A DNA stretch of 64,000 bases from an uncultured Bdellovibrio sp. (GCA_964645745.1 CAZXZW010000002.1:5299-69298); one strand, 5' to 3'; positions 1-9,798 are shown, counted from the stretch's first letter. Notes: generated by a model from the letters alone, not told the origin. Translations and numbers: made by a program.

Positions 1-25
1 AACCGGGTATTTTTTATAAAGTTTT

Positions 26-58
26 AAAGGAGCCAGTTCAAAAGGCTCCTTTTCTTTT
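26..58 (+). terminator. Rho-independent terminator of the gene upstream of the window
   Basis: Inverted repeat aaaggagcc (26-34) / ggctccttt (44-52) followed by a T-rich run tcttttgt. Confidence 0.55.
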
Positions 59-127
59 GTCTTTCGGTGTATGTACTGCTGAAAGCTTTCATTCTATTAC
101 AGAAGTGCTATTCAAAGAGTTGGTTAT

Positions 128-1171
128 ATGAAATTTGTCGATGAAGTTAAGATTACAATATCGTCTGGACGTGGCGGCCCTGGAGCCGTGACTTTTAGAC
201 GCGAATCAATGCAACCACGTGGCGGCCCAGATGGCGGTGACGGTGGAAAAGGCGGAGATGTGATCGTTCGTACTTCGAAACATATCAATTCGCTTTTTGA
301 TTTCAGAACTTACAAAAAATATAATGCTGAAAACGGTAAAGCCGGCGCTTCAGCTCAGTGTACTGGTGCTGATGGTGAAAACTTAGTGTTGATCGTTCCA
401 GAAGGAACAATCATTCGCTCAGCTGAAACGGAAGAAATTCTTTACGACTTAACGGATATCAATGAAGTTACAGTTCTTAAAGGTGGCCGTGGTGGACGCG
501 GTAATGAATTCTTCAAAAACAGTATTAATCAAGCTCCTGAATATGCTCAGCCAGGTGAAGATAACGAAACTTTAGAAATCAATTTAGAACTTAAGTTGAT
601 TGCTGACGTGGGAATTATCGGTTTCCCTAATGCAGGAAAATCAACTTTGATTTCTCGTATCTCAGCCGCTAAACCAAAAATTGCTGATTATCCTTTTACA
701 ACATTAACTCCACAACTAGGCGTAGTGAAAGTAGGGGATTACAGTAGCTTCGTGGTAGCTGACATTCCTGGATTAATTAAAGGCGCCCATCAAGGTGTTG
801 GTTTAGGAATTCAATTCTTACGACATATCGAACGTACTTCATTATTCATTCACGTAGTGGATGTATCAGGTATGAATGGTCGCGATCCGATGCAAGATTT
901 CGAAGATATTAATTTCGAAATCGAAAAATACGATTCTATGAATCAAGACAAAGATGGATTCTTCCCATTGGCGACACGCGAACAAGTGGTAGTCTTCAAT
1001 AAAATCGATCTTTTACCAAAAGATTCATTAGAAAAGTTAGTAACTAAATTTAAGAAAAAATATAATACAGATGTTTACGCAATTTCTGGGGTAACCGGAA
1101 AAAATATTAACGAACTACTAACGGTAGTTGCCGATAAGATTTTAAAAGCTAAAGGCGTAATCGAAACGTAA
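128..1171 (+). CDS. obg: GTPase Obg/CgtA
   Basis: The N-terminus MKFVDEV is followed by a glycine-rich Obg fold (GRGGPG, GGPDGGDGGKGGDV, GGRGGRGN). G motifs present: GFPNAGKST, DIPG, NKID. Confidence 0.95.
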   Translation: MKFVDEVKITISSGRGGPGAVTFRRESMQPRGGPDGGDGGKGGDVIVRTSKHINSLFDFRTYKKYNAENGKAGASAQCTGADGENLVLIVPEGTIIRSAETEEILYDLTDINEVTVLKGGRGGRGNEFFKNSINQAPEYAQPGEDNETLEINLELKLIADVGIIGFPNAGKSTLISRISAAKPKIADYPFTTLTPQLGVVKVGDYSSFVVADIPGLIKGAHQGVGLGIQFLRHIERTSLFIHVVDVSGMNGRDPMQDFEDINFEIEKYDSMNQDKDGFFPLATREQVVVFNKIDLLPKDSLEKLVTKFKKKYNTDVYAISGVTGKNINELLTVVADKILKAKGVIET

Positions 1172-1189
1172 TTTTACAACAGGTGATAC

Positions 1190-2203
1190 ATGAAAATAGG
1201 AATCTTCGGCGGAAGTTTTAATCCGCCTCATAACGGACACGTAAATAGTTTAGTCACAGTACAAAAGAAAATGGGATTTGATAAAATCCACATTATTCCT
1301 AACAATCAAAATCCGTTAAAAATTCCAACGGAACTTCCGAATGCAGAGCACAGAATCGAAATGTCTAAACAGGCATTTGCGACTTATGGACCAGCTTTCT
1401 TCGTTGATGATATCGAAATCAAACGCGGTGGCAAAAGCTATACAATCGATACAGTGATGGAGCTTCGTAAACAGTACGACGCTAAAGATCTTTATTTGAT
1501 TATTGGTGCAGATAACTTCGAAACTTTCTCTGAGTGGAAAGACTGGAAAAAAATCTTAACTGAGATCAATCTCGTTGTAACAACTCGTCCTGGTTATGAA
1601 ATTCCAGAAGCGGAATCAGACTTCCCTGATTATTTAACAACATTAATCGGTGAAAGTGATTTCGGAGCGGTTGAATTAACAACTGGTCGTTCGATCGAAT
1701 TCATCACTTTAGATGATTTAGATATTTCGTCTTCGGAATTACGTAAGAAATTACGTATTGGCCGTACGACTGAAAAATTCTTACCTCTTTCAGTTGAAAG
1801 CTACATTAAAGCTAATAAACTTTATCGTGGATCGAATGAGAAAATTGCTGATTATGCAAAATTCACTCAATTCTGTGCTCAAGTACTTTTTGATAAAAAA
1901 GCTATCGCCGTTCGTGCGTTTGATCTTCAAGCTTTAGGTACGACGACAGACTTCACATTGATCGCTTCAGGTACAAGTACTCGTCACGCGGGTTCTATGG
2001 CTGAAAACTTAGTGATGGCTGTTAAAGAAGAATTCAACTTACTTCCTCAAGGTGTTGAGGGTGTGGATGAAGGCCGTTGGGTGGTTGTGGATTACGGTCC
2101 ATTGATCATTCACTTATTCTACGATTTCGTTCGTCAAGAATACCGTCTAGAAGAGCTTTGGAAAGCAGGAACTGAGATTCCTGTGAAAGACACTAAAATC
2201 TAA
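1190..2203 (+). CDS. nadD: Nicotinate-nucleotide adenylyltransferase (NadD) fused to ribosomal silencing factor RsfS (iojap)
   Basis: The N-terminal ~200 aa carry GGSFNPPHNGH (HxGH nucleotidyltransferase) and ISSSELRKK. The C-terminal ~115 aa read like RsfS (AFDLQALGTTTDFTLIASGTSTRH ... WVVVDYGPLIIHLF ... YRLEELW). It is a single uninterrupted 337-aa ORF. Confidence 0.85.
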   Translation: MKIGIFGGSFNPPHNGHVNSLVTVQKKMGFDKIHIIPNNQNPLKIPTELPNAEHRIEMSKQAFATYGPAFFVDDIEIKRGGKSYTIDTVMELRKQYDAKDLYLIIGADNFETFSEWKDWKKILTEINLVVTTRPGYEIPEAESDFPDYLTTLIGESDFGAVELTTGRSIEFITLDDLDISSSELRKKLRIGRTTEKFLPLSVESYIKANKLYRGSNEKIADYAKFTQFCAQVLFDKKAIAVRAFDLQALGTTTDFTLIASGTSTRHAGSMAENLVMAVKEEFNLLPQGVEGVDEGRWVVVDYGPLIIHLFYDFVRQEYRLEELWKAGTEIPVKDTKI

Positions 2204-2673
2204 TGAAATCCGTACTGTTTGATTTTAAAACTGCTAAAGAAGAGTGGTTTGAACAGGCAGTACTTCAGTACTCCAAAAAAATATCTCATTACACTGAGTT
2301 CGAAGTTCAATCTTTAAAAACCATGAAACATGGCCGCGATGAAGCGGAACTAAAGAAGAAATTCGAAGCCAGTGAACTCTTTAAAAAAATCGATTACCAA
2401 GATTTTGTTATTCTGTTTGATGAAACAGGAAAAACTTTTAAATCTGAAGACTTCGCTGAACTTATTACGAAAGCTGAAGAGAGCGGTAAAAAGCGTATCG
2501 TCTACATCATTGGCGGAGCTTTTGGTGTAACTGACGAAGTGAAACAGCGCGCTCAAGTAAAAATCAGTTTATCTTCGATGGTGATGAATCACCTTGTGGC
2601 GGAAACCGTTGTGTTAGAGCAAATCTACCGCGCCTATACGATTAAAAACCGAATTCCGTACCACAATATTTAG
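2203..2673 (+). CDS. rlmH: 23S rRNA (pseudouridine1915-N3)-methyltransferase RlmH
   Basis: 156-aa SPOUT-type protein with IIGGAFG, a C-terminal LEQIYRAYTI and a PYH ending. The start overlaps the upstream stop (TAATG). It sits in the conserved nadD-rsfS-rlmH position. Confidence 0.9.
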   Translation: MKSVLFDFKTAKEEWFEQAVLQYSKKISHYTEFEVQSLKTMKHGRDEAELKKKFEASELFKKIDYQDFVILFDETGKTFKSEDFAELITKAEESGKKRIVYIIGGAFGVTDEVKQRAQVKISLSSMVMNHLVAETVVLEQIYRAYTIKNRIPYHNI

Positions 2674-2715
2674 TAAATCAATTTTAAATCACGCCAAACT
2701 TATTCTTGTTTTGCA

Positions 2716-3384
2716 GTGAATTCTCCTATGAAAATTCAATTTTTATATCCGCTGTGTTTACGTTGTGGATCTTTGTCGGTCCATTCCAGTTTGTTTTGTC
2801 ATTGCTGCGAAACAGAATTTCTATTACCACGTATGATGAATCATTATCGGGTGATTAAAGATCAAGGGTCTTTATTTGCTGTAGATTTTTTATTGCATTG
2901 GACGCCACAGGAAAGTGATAGTTTGTCGGAGTTAGTTTATTTATTAAAACATCGATTGAGTTTTCCGGTTTGGAAATTTTACGTCGAAAAATTTCTACAT
3001 TTCCATTCTCAAAATAGATCTTCTCAGTTGAAAACAGCTCTCATTCCCATTCCGGGAAGTCGACACGGAAAGACGGCGTATCATACTCAATACTTTGCCC
3101 AGGCATGGAAGCAGTTATCGCAGGGCGAGGTTGTGAATTGTCTGAAAAGCCACTCTGAACAGGGTGAGCAAAAGAGTCTTACGCTCGAGGAAAGAGGGAT
3201 CTCTCAAATGAGTTTTCTTGAAGATTTTACAACGGAAATGGATCAGTATGACCGGGTTATTCTGATAGACGATATAGTCACCTCTGGGTATACGCTGAAG
3301 GCTAGTTTGATGGCCTTAAAGCCACACCTTAAACCTGACTGCTTGATTGAAATAAAAGCACTTCTTTCCAGAGACAAAATCTGA
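2716..3384 (+). CDS. ComF-family phosphoribosyltransferase-domain protein
   Basis: N-terminal Cys pairs (CLRCGS ... CHCCE) plus the PRTase PRPP loop VILIDDIVTSGYT. The start is GTG at 2716; an alternative ATG lies at 2728. Confidence 0.7.
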   Translation: MNSPMKIQFLYPLCLRCGSLSVHSSLFCHCCETEFLLPRMMNHYRVIKDQGSLFAVDFLLHWTPQESDSLSELVYLLKHRLSFPVWKFYVEKFLHFHSQNRSSQLKTALIPIPGSRHGKTAYHTQYFAQAWKQLSQGEVVNCLKSHSEQGEQKSLTLEERGISQMSFLEDFTTEMDQYDRVILIDDIVTSGYTLKASLMALKPHLKPDCLIEIKALLSRDKI

Positions 3385-3396
3385 TATATCAAGAGT

Positions 3397-4071
3397 ATGT
3401 TTAAAGCCAAATCTCTTGTGATCCAAATGCTTGTTTTAGTTGTCGTTTTTATGACTTCCATAACTCATGCAAAAAGCCCTAAGGCTGATCCTAATAAAGC
3501 TATCGCGGTTAAAATTTTAAAAAAATATAATTCAGCGGCTGCAGTTGAAATGCAAACAAAGCGACAAGTAGCTAAAGTGACCCTAGGTACTACGACTGAT
3601 ACTGAAGGAGTTTTACTTTATTCAAAAAATAAAATTCATTTCAGTTCTGATAAACCAACAAAAACAGAAATCATTTATAATAAAAATGTTTGGGTGATTG
3701 AATCACCAGATTTAGATTTTGATGATAAAGCTGGTCGCAAAGTAACGGTGTTCGACGCAGATAAAGTTCCTTTCGTTAAAACAATTGCTGAACTGTTGTC
3801 TTCGCCGGATAAGTTTTTTACTAAAGATACGGTTATTACAGATAAAGACGACTTACTTTCTATTGAATCAGATAAAATCAAAAATGCTTCGTTAAAAAAA
3901 TTCGTTGTTGTTTTAAATAAGAAGGATCAATTAATTAGTTCGATTCTTATAACGGATGATTTAAACACAGATACAACTTTCAATATTCAAAAAACAGATT
4001 TTTTAAAAAATTCACCTAAAGGTAAGTTTAGCTATAAAAAAATCAAAACCGACGAGATCTTAAAGCCATGA
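3397..4071 (+). CDS. Periplasmic LolA-like (outer-membrane lipoprotein carrier-like) protein
   Basis: Signal peptide ending THAKS, then a ~200-aa beta-rich protein. Size and N-terminal helix (ILKKYNSAAAVEM) resemble the LolA family. The assignment is weak. Confidence 0.4.
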   Translation: MFKAKSLVIQMLVLVVVFMTSITHAKSPKADPNKAIAVKILKKYNSAAAVEMQTKRQVAKVTLGTTTDTEGVLLYSKNKIHFSSDKPTKTEIIYNKNVWVIESPDLDFDDKAGRKVTVFDADKVPFVKTIAELLSSPDKFFTKDTVITDKDDLLSIESDKIKNASLKKFVVVLNKKDQLISSILITDDLNTDTTFNIQKTDFLKNSPKGKFSYKKIKTDEILKP

Positions 4072-5444
4072 AAACGACTGAAACAAACCCTGTAGTAAAA
4101 CAAAAAGTTCACTTTATCAGCTTAGGTTGTCCTAAGAATTTAGTAGATAGCGAAATCATGGCCGGAACTCTAATGAAAGACGGTTACGAAGTTGTCGGAG
4201 AAGCAGAAGATGCTGATACAGTTATCGTTAATACGTGCGGTTTTGTTGAAGATTCAAAAAAAGAATCGATCCAACGTATTTTTGATATGTCGGCTTTAAA
4301 AGAAGAAGGCAAAATCAAAAAAGTTGTTGTGGCAGGTTGCTTAACTCAACGCTATAAAACGGACTTAGTCGACAGTATTCCTGAAGCGGATCTTTTCGTA
4401 GGTTCTGGAGAATTCCAAAATATCTCTAAGATCTTAAAAAATCATGATGCTGGTAACAAAACAAAAACATTCTTCAACTTACCAACATACCTTCAAGAAG
4501 CTGAAACACCGCGTGTGAATTCTCAACCGAAGCACCGTGCGTACTTAAAAATTTCTGAAGGCTGTATGAAGCGTTGTGCATTCTGCGCGATTCCTTTGAT
4601 CCGAGGTAATTTACAATCACGCACGATCACGAATGTGGTTAATGAAGCAAAGCTTTTAGTGGCTGGCGGAGTTAAAGAATTAATCATTATCAGTCACGAT
4701 TTTACAGACTACGGTTTTGATTTAACTCGTAAAAATCCAGAAGCAAAAGAATCTCCATTAGAGTTATTAAAAGCTTTAAATGAAGTCGATGGCGCTGAAT
4801 GGATTCGTTTATTATATTTATATCCAGATGGTATCACTGACGAAATGGTTGATCTGATCAAGAACAGCAAAAAATTAGTGAAGTACTTCGATATGCCGTT
4901 ACAACACATTAACAGCCAAGTGTTGAAATCGATGAATCGTAAAATGACTCGTGAAGAAATCGAAGAAGCTTTACGTAAAATCCGCACGAACATTCCTGAA
5001 GCAGTTATTCGTACACAGTTCATCGTAGGATTCCCAGGTGAAACCGAAGAGCAATTCGAAGAATTATTAGCTTTCATCGCCGAACAACAATTCGACCGCG
5101 TAGGTTGTTTTAAATACTCTCCAGAGGAAAATACTCCGGGTGGACGTATGGAAAATCAAATCGACGAAGAAACGAAACAACGTCGATTTGAAGCCGTGAT
5201 GGAAGTTCAACAAAATATCTCTCGTGAAAAACACCGTGCTTTCATTGGTAAAACAGTGGAAGTGCTAGTTGAAGGTTACAGTGAAGAGACAGATCTTTTA
5301 TTACAAGGTCGTACGTCTCAGCAAGCACCTGAAATCGACGGCGTGGTTCTGATCAATGATGGACAAGCTAAAGTTGGTGACATGGTGAAGGTTCTTGTAA
5401 CTGACAGCATGGAATACGACTTGATCGGTGAGATCGTAACTTAA
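4068..5444 (+). CDS. rimO: Ribosomal protein S12 methylthiotransferase RimO (radical SAM)
   Basis: VHFISLGCPKNLVDSE N-terminal MTTase domain, radical SAM CMKRCAFC, C-terminal TRAM domain. ATGA start/stop overlap with the upstream gene. Confidence 0.9.
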   Translation: MKTTETNPVVKQKVHFISLGCPKNLVDSEIMAGTLMKDGYEVVGEAEDADTVIVNTCGFVEDSKKESIQRIFDMSALKEEGKIKKVVVAGCLTQRYKTDLVDSIPEADLFVGSGEFQNISKILKNHDAGNKTKTFFNLPTYLQEAETPRVNSQPKHRAYLKISEGCMKRCAFCAIPLIRGNLQSRTITNVVNEAKLLVAGGVKELIIISHDFTDYGFDLTRKNPEAKESPLELLKALNEVDGAEWIRLLYLYPDGITDEMVDLIKNSKKLVKYFDMPLQHINSQVLKSMNRKMTREEIEEALRKIRTNIPEAVIRTQFIVGFPGETEEQFEELLAFIAEQQFDRVGCFKYSPEENTPGGRMENQIDEETKQRRFEAVMEVQQNISREKHRAFIGKTVEVLVEGYSEETDLLLQGRTSQQAPEIDGVVLINDGQAKVGDMVKVLVTDSMEYDLIGEIVT

Positions 5445-5446
5445 TA

Positions 5447-5480
5447 AAAAGTGTAAGATTATTTCTTACACTTTTGTATT
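5447..5480. terminator. Bidirectional hairpin between convergent rimO and the TPR gene
   Basis: 12-nt inverted repeat aaaagtgtaaga (5447-5458) / tcttacactttt (5464-5475) with A/T runs on both sides. It overlaps the stop codon of the minus-strand gene. Confidence 0.5.
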
Positions 5481-6661
5481 TCTTCGAAATAAAGATCTGC
5501 TAAATCACTTTTTTGTGTTCTTAAAGAATTCGCGGCCGCTGACATTTCAATAAGCGGCTGTAATCCCAATTTACAACTCTCTTTAAATTGCTCTAGCGCC
5601 TCTTTAAACAGGTTTTGTTTAAGGTAGGTATTAGCTAAACCTAAGCGGGCTCGCTTTGAAATAGGACTGATTTTAACGGATTCTTCAAACTGTTCAATGG
5701 CTTTGGTGAAATCTTTATTTAAGTACAAAGTTTCTGCCAAGCAAGTTGATGCATATTCGGTTTGTTTGAGCTTAAGTGATTTCTCAAAGCTTTTAATGGC
5801 CTCTTTATATTTTTCCTGATCACGGAGTGAAATCCCAATATAAATATCTGCCATATTGTTTTTAGGATCTTTCGTTTGAAGCAGATGACAGTATTTAGTC
5901 ACATTCACATGATCAGCACCTAAAGTGGCGCTTTCACATAAATCTTCAGCGTAGCTTTTTTTAGGATTCATTTTTTGCAAGTCTTCATAAGCCATCATGG
6001 CGTCAGAATAGTAACCCAAAACACCATAGACAGTGGCGAGTTTTTCTAGGGCTAAAATATCTTTTTGATGAGTCTCAAGATATTTATTTAAGTTATTTTT
6101 TGCTAGCTTTGGTAGTTTTTTATTTAAATCAATATCAGTCGCAATGATCATGCGATCGGTTTCGCTTAAATGAATTCCTTCACGTAAAAATAATTCCTCA
6201 GCTTTGAGGAAATTATTTTGTTTAATGTGTTCTCGAATTAAAGCGGCTTTAAGTAACTGAGTTGATTCTTTGTTTTTGTCTGCAATCGCTTTATCTAATT
6301 TTGTTTGAATCAGTGCTAAGCGTTTTTCTTTAATAGTCGTACTTAATACGGGAGGAATTTCTTCTTCTTTTATACAGATGGATTTAAATTCATAGTATTT
6401 TTTTGCAGGAGTTTTACTCGGATCTCCACTTGTTGTGCCTGCTAAACCAGTTGTTCCAGTGGTTCCCGAAGCTCCTGTCACACCAGGAGTTGTACCTGGT
6501 GCGAAGGCACCTCCACTGGAAGGTGTAATCGAAATCGGCGGAGCACCCATTCCAGGAGGTAAGTTAATCGTCTGGGCGTGACTCAGATTGAGACACAACA
6601 GGCTTGAACCGGTAAGAATTAAAAGAGAAAACCGTAACATATTCATACAGTTATTATTCAT
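5459..6661 (-). CDS. Secreted TPR-repeat protein with a Gly/Thr-rich N-terminal low-complexity tract
   Basis: Signal peptide (MLRFSLLILTGSSLLCLNLSHA), a tract GVTGASGTTGTTGLAGTTSG, then several TPR-like A/Y/L repeats. The true start may be the internal Met at about 6640. Confidence 0.7.
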   Translation of the reverse strand: MNNNCMNMLRFSLLILTGSSLLCLNLSHAQTINLPPGMGAPPISITPSSGGAFAPGTTPGVTGASGTTGTTGLAGTTSGDPSKTPAKKYYEFKSICIKEEEIPPVLSTTIKEKRLALIQTKLDKAIADKNKESTQLLKAALIREHIKQNNFLKAEELFLREGIHLSETDRMIIATDIDLNKKLPKLAKNNLNKYLETHQKDILALEKLATVYGVLGYYSDAMMAYEDLQKMNPKKSYAEDLCESATLGADHVNVTKYCHLLQTKDPKNNMADIYIGISLRDQEKYKEAIKSFEKSLKLKQTEYASTCLAETLYLNKDFTKAIEQFEESVKISPISKRARLGLANTYLKQNLFKEALEQFKESCKLGLQPLIEMSAAANSLRTQKSDLADLYFEEIQKCKK

Positions 6662-6681
6662 ATAATCCGATAAATAATCTA

Positions 6682-7602
6682 GTGAAACTCTTCAAAAAAT
6701 ACTCTTTTCGAAATAAACTTCCGCGAAGTTTAGATCTTCGCAAGTCTGACCAATCCGGCCAGGCTATGATCGAGTATGTTTTAGTAGTGATTATTGCGGT
6801 CACGATGTTGTTTGTGGCTAAAGGTCTTTTTTCTAATATCAATACTTATATTTCTGGTTATGTTGGCGGATATTTTAAATGCTTGATGACACAAGGTGAA
6901 CTTCCGGCCTTGGGAGTTTCCGATGGTGATCTCAGTAAACATACCGGAGCCGGTTATAAGTGTTCAGCTTCTTTAGCGAAAACAAATGCCGGTGCACAAG
7001 ATGGTAGTGGCGGAACTAAAAATCTAGGCACTGTCACACAGCTTTCCTCACAAACTCCTAAAGGTTCCACAAAAGCGACGGCGAGCAGTCGAGCCGGTGC
7101 ATCGGACACTAAAAAATCATCGGCATCGAAAAAACGAAAAGGTATGAATAATTCAAATGACGATGGTGATGATTCAACACGTTTTAGTGCCAGTATTCGT
7201 AACCGATCAGAAGTTTATAGTTCGTCTGACAGTGAAGGTGATGATGATGTCAGATCGGTTCCTATGGCCCGCCGAGATTTGGCGGCTGAAAGATCTGATA
7301 AATATCGACCGGTTTCTAATGAGATGAACGAAGCCTTGAAAAAAAGTACGCGCGGAGGAGGACTTTCACGTCGAGAGAATACCCCTAAACGACTCTCATT
7401 GCCTGAGGATGACATGCGACCGGGGCCAAGACGAACCAAGTTTGAACCTTATAAAAGAACCGTGGCTGCAGTTGTAGAGGAGCCTGAGGTTGAAATGGGT
7501 TTCGGTTATTTTATGAAATGGATTATGATTGCTGGTATCGGGATTGCGATTTTCATCTTCTTCGGCGGTCAGATCATGAACTACAATAACTCCGATAGTT
7601 AA
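6682..7602 (+). CDS. Membrane protein with a Flp/TadE-type prepilin-like N-terminus and a disordered Ser/Asp/Arg-rich body
   Basis: GTG start. The N-terminus KSDQSG/QAMIEYVLVVIIAVTMLF matches the G-xxxxEY class III signal motif. A C-terminal TM segment is present (WIMIAGIGIAIFIFFGG). Confidence 0.55.
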   Translation: MKLFKKYSFRNKLPRSLDLRKSDQSGQAMIEYVLVVIIAVTMLFVAKGLFSNINTYISGYVGGYFKCLMTQGELPALGVSDGDLSKHTGAGYKCSASLAKTNAGAQDGSGGTKNLGTVTQLSSQTPKGSTKATASSRAGASDTKKSSASKKRKGMNNSNDDGDDSTRFSASIRNRSEVYSSSDSEGDDDVRSVPMARRDLAAERSDKYRPVSNEMNEALKKSTRGGGLSRRENTPKRLSLPEDDMRPGPRRTKFEPYKRTVAAVVEEPEVEMGFGYFMKWIMIAGIGIAIFIFFGGQIMNYNNSDS

Positions 7603-7799
7603 CCTATTTCCGCGTTCAATTTACGCGAACTATGTAAGAAATAGTCGTTTCTGAGTCCAAAAAACGCGAATAATACCAGCTAGATAGCTCTAGGCTAGAT
7701 GCTCGGTTGTCTTGCACCAAATATATAATATACAAAGCGAAAGATCCTTATTGAAACTTTGCCGAATTTAGAAAATAACCTTGGTCATAGGGGTATATT

Positions 7800-8219
7800 T
7801 TGTTTGAAATTGTAGGTCACTCTAAGATCAAAATTTTCACGTTGAAACAAGTCGAAGACTTGTTGCCGTTAGTTTACCGTGTGACCGAAGAATACAGCAA
7901 AGATGTTAAATATCTTATGGCTTGTGTTGAAGCGATGCCGGATAAAAACTCTTCTCGTTGTTTAGAACTTCAAGATGAAATCAATGATCACATTCAAAAG
8001 TGGCAAAACAAAATGGAACGTTTAGGTGGAAAGCCTAAAGGTTTATGGTTGGCTGATTTCGATAACGGTGATGGCTACTTCTGCTGGAAATTCCCTGAAA
8101 CCCAAATCAAGTTCCACCATGGCTACCAAGATGGCTTTACGGGACGCCGCTTATTAAGTGACAGCACGGCAAATAAATCAGACACTAACGATCATGAGAA
8201 TAGCCCTAGCTCAAATTAA
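7800..8219 (+). CDS. Conserved hypothetical protein (DUF2203-like)
   Basis: TTG start. The helical N-terminal half and the motif GLWLADFDNGDGYFCWKFPE match my recollection of DUF2203. The 3' end overlaps the nadE start. Confidence 0.45.
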   Translation: MFEIVGHSKIKIFTLKQVEDLLPLVYRVTEEYSKDVKYLMACVEAMPDKNSSRCLELQDEINDHIQKWQNKMERLGGKPKGLWLADFDNGDGYFCWKFPETQIKFHHGYQDGFTGRRLLSDSTANKSDTNDHENSPSSN

Positions 8220-9798
8220 TTCGACCCTTGGTGATTTTGAATCTAATAAAAATAAAATCATAGAATCTATTTTATCACTCTCAGCCAAAAAAGCTGAGAT
8301 GATTGTTTTTCCCGAAGGATCTTTATTCGGGTATCATCCGTTTGATTTATTCGAACGCGACACTTTGATCACACAGCAAATTAAAGCGTTAAAGCAAATC
8401 ACAAAATCAATTCCTAAAAATGTTCATGTATTAATTGGTGGATTCGAAAAAAACACAGGTAAAGGTCGTCCTTACTTTAATACGGCGTTCTTGTGTACGA
8501 AGAATAAAATTGTTCGTAGCTTTCATAAAGAATTACTTCCTACTGGTGATGTGTTCGATGAAGCTCGTTTTATCGAACAAGGTAAAATCAAAGACAATTA
8601 CTTCAAATTAAATGGTAAAAGCTTTCTTCTGACTATTTGTGAAGACATCTGGGCTTGGGAATCAATCTATGCTGAAAATCCTCTAAAGAAACTTCCGCAG
8701 AAAAAAATTGATTTGATTATTAATATGAGCGCATCACCTTTCCATAAAGGCAAATTAGCGATGCGTTTAGATATGGCCAGCAAAACAGCTCGTCAGCTAA
8801 AAGCTCCGATTGCTTACGTCAATATGGTAGGTGCGCAAGATGAGATTATTTACGACGGGCAAAGTTTCATTTTAGATAAACAAGGTAAGTTGATTCAAAG
8901 AATGATGTCGTTTGAAGAAGATGCCAACATCTTTGATTTATCAACACATGAAAGCTGGAATCGTTCAGCGCCGAAAGAAACTGAAATTGAACAACTTCGC
9001 AAAGCTTTAGTTTTAGGTATTAAAGATTTCACAACTAAAACAGGCCTAAGCAAAGTTCACTTAGGTTTATCGGGTGGTATCGATTCAGCCTTAGTTGCTG
9101 TTCTTGCGGTGGATGCTTTAGGTCCGAATAATGTAAAACTATTTGCGTTACCAACAAAATTTAACTTAAGCGAAAGCTTTACGGTAGCTCAGCAGTTAGC
9201 CAAGAACATTGGTGTTCAATTGCAAGATATCAGTATTGAATCGACGTTCCAGCATATTAAACAAATTATCGACAAAGAATTTCAGATCTCTCAATTTTCA
9301 TTAACTCATGAAAACCTTCAAGCGCGTATTCGTGGAATGTTCTTAATGGCTTATTCAAACTTCTCAGGGAGTATGCTTTTAACCACAGGAAATAAATCAG
9401 AATACGCCACTGGCTACGCGACTCTTTACGGAGATATGTGTGGGGGCTTGGCTGTGATTGGAGATTTAACGAAACGTGAAGTAGTTGAGCTTTGTAAGCT
9501 GTATAACCGTGAGTCTGAAGTCATTCCAGAATTCATCATTACTCGTCCTCCCTCGGCTGAATTAAAACCAGATCAGAAGGATCAGGATTCATTACCGCCC
9601 TATGATATTTTAGATCAAGCTGTGGTAAATTTAGTCGAAAAGAAAAAACCAGCGAAAACAAAAACAGAACATTGGTTATTAGGTCAGTTGATGAAAACGG
9701 AATTCAAACGTTGGCAGGCTGCTCCCATTTTAAAAATCAGTTCTCATTCGTTTGGACGCGGCCGTCGTTATCCGGTGGCTCATAAAGCAAAAGGCTAA
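8194..9798 (+). CDS. nadE: Glutamine-dependent NAD+ synthetase
   Basis: N-terminal nitrilase/CN-hydrolase domain (MRIALAQIN, FPEGSLFGY, ICEDIW). C-terminal NAD synthetase domain with the PP-loop GLSGGIDSA. Start chosen at the MRIALAQ Met rather than the ORF-track 8158. Confidence 0.9.
   Translation: MRIALAQINSTLGDFESNKNKIIESILSLSAKKAEMIVFPEGSLFGYHPFDLFERDTLITQQIKALKQITKSIPKNVHVLIGGFEKNTGKGRPYFNTAFLCTKNKIVRSFHKELLPTGDVFDEARFIEQGKIKDNYFKLNGKSFLLTICEDIWAWESIYAENPLKKLPQKKIDLIINMSASPFHKGKLAMRLDMASKTARQLKAPIAYVNMVGAQDEIIYDGQSFILDKQGKLIQRMMSFEEDANIFDLSTHESWNRSAPKETEIEQLRKALVLGIKDFTTKTGLSKVHLGLSGGIDSALVAVLAVDALGPNNVKLFALPTKFNLSESFTVAQQLAKNIGVQLQDISIESTFQHIKQIIDKEFQISQFSLTHENLQARIRGMFLMAYSNFSGSMLLTTGNKSEYATGYATLYGDMCGGLAVIGDLTKREVVELCKLYNRESEVIPEFIITRPPSAELKPDQKDQDSLPPYDILDQAVVNLVEKKKPAKTKTEHWLLGQLMKTEFKRWQAAPILKISSHSFGRGRRYPVAHKAKG

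Noticed and set aside
6654-6842. 62-aa minus-strand ORF spanning the divergent TPR / Flp-like gene start region.
   Set aside because: It overlaps both neighbouring genes' 5' ends and has no RBS or motif.
8158-8193. N-terminal 12-codon extension of nadE in the ORF track (MTARQINQTLTI).
   Set aside because: NAD synthetases begin at the nitrilase-domain MRIALAQ motif. The extension would deepen the overlap with the preceding ORF.
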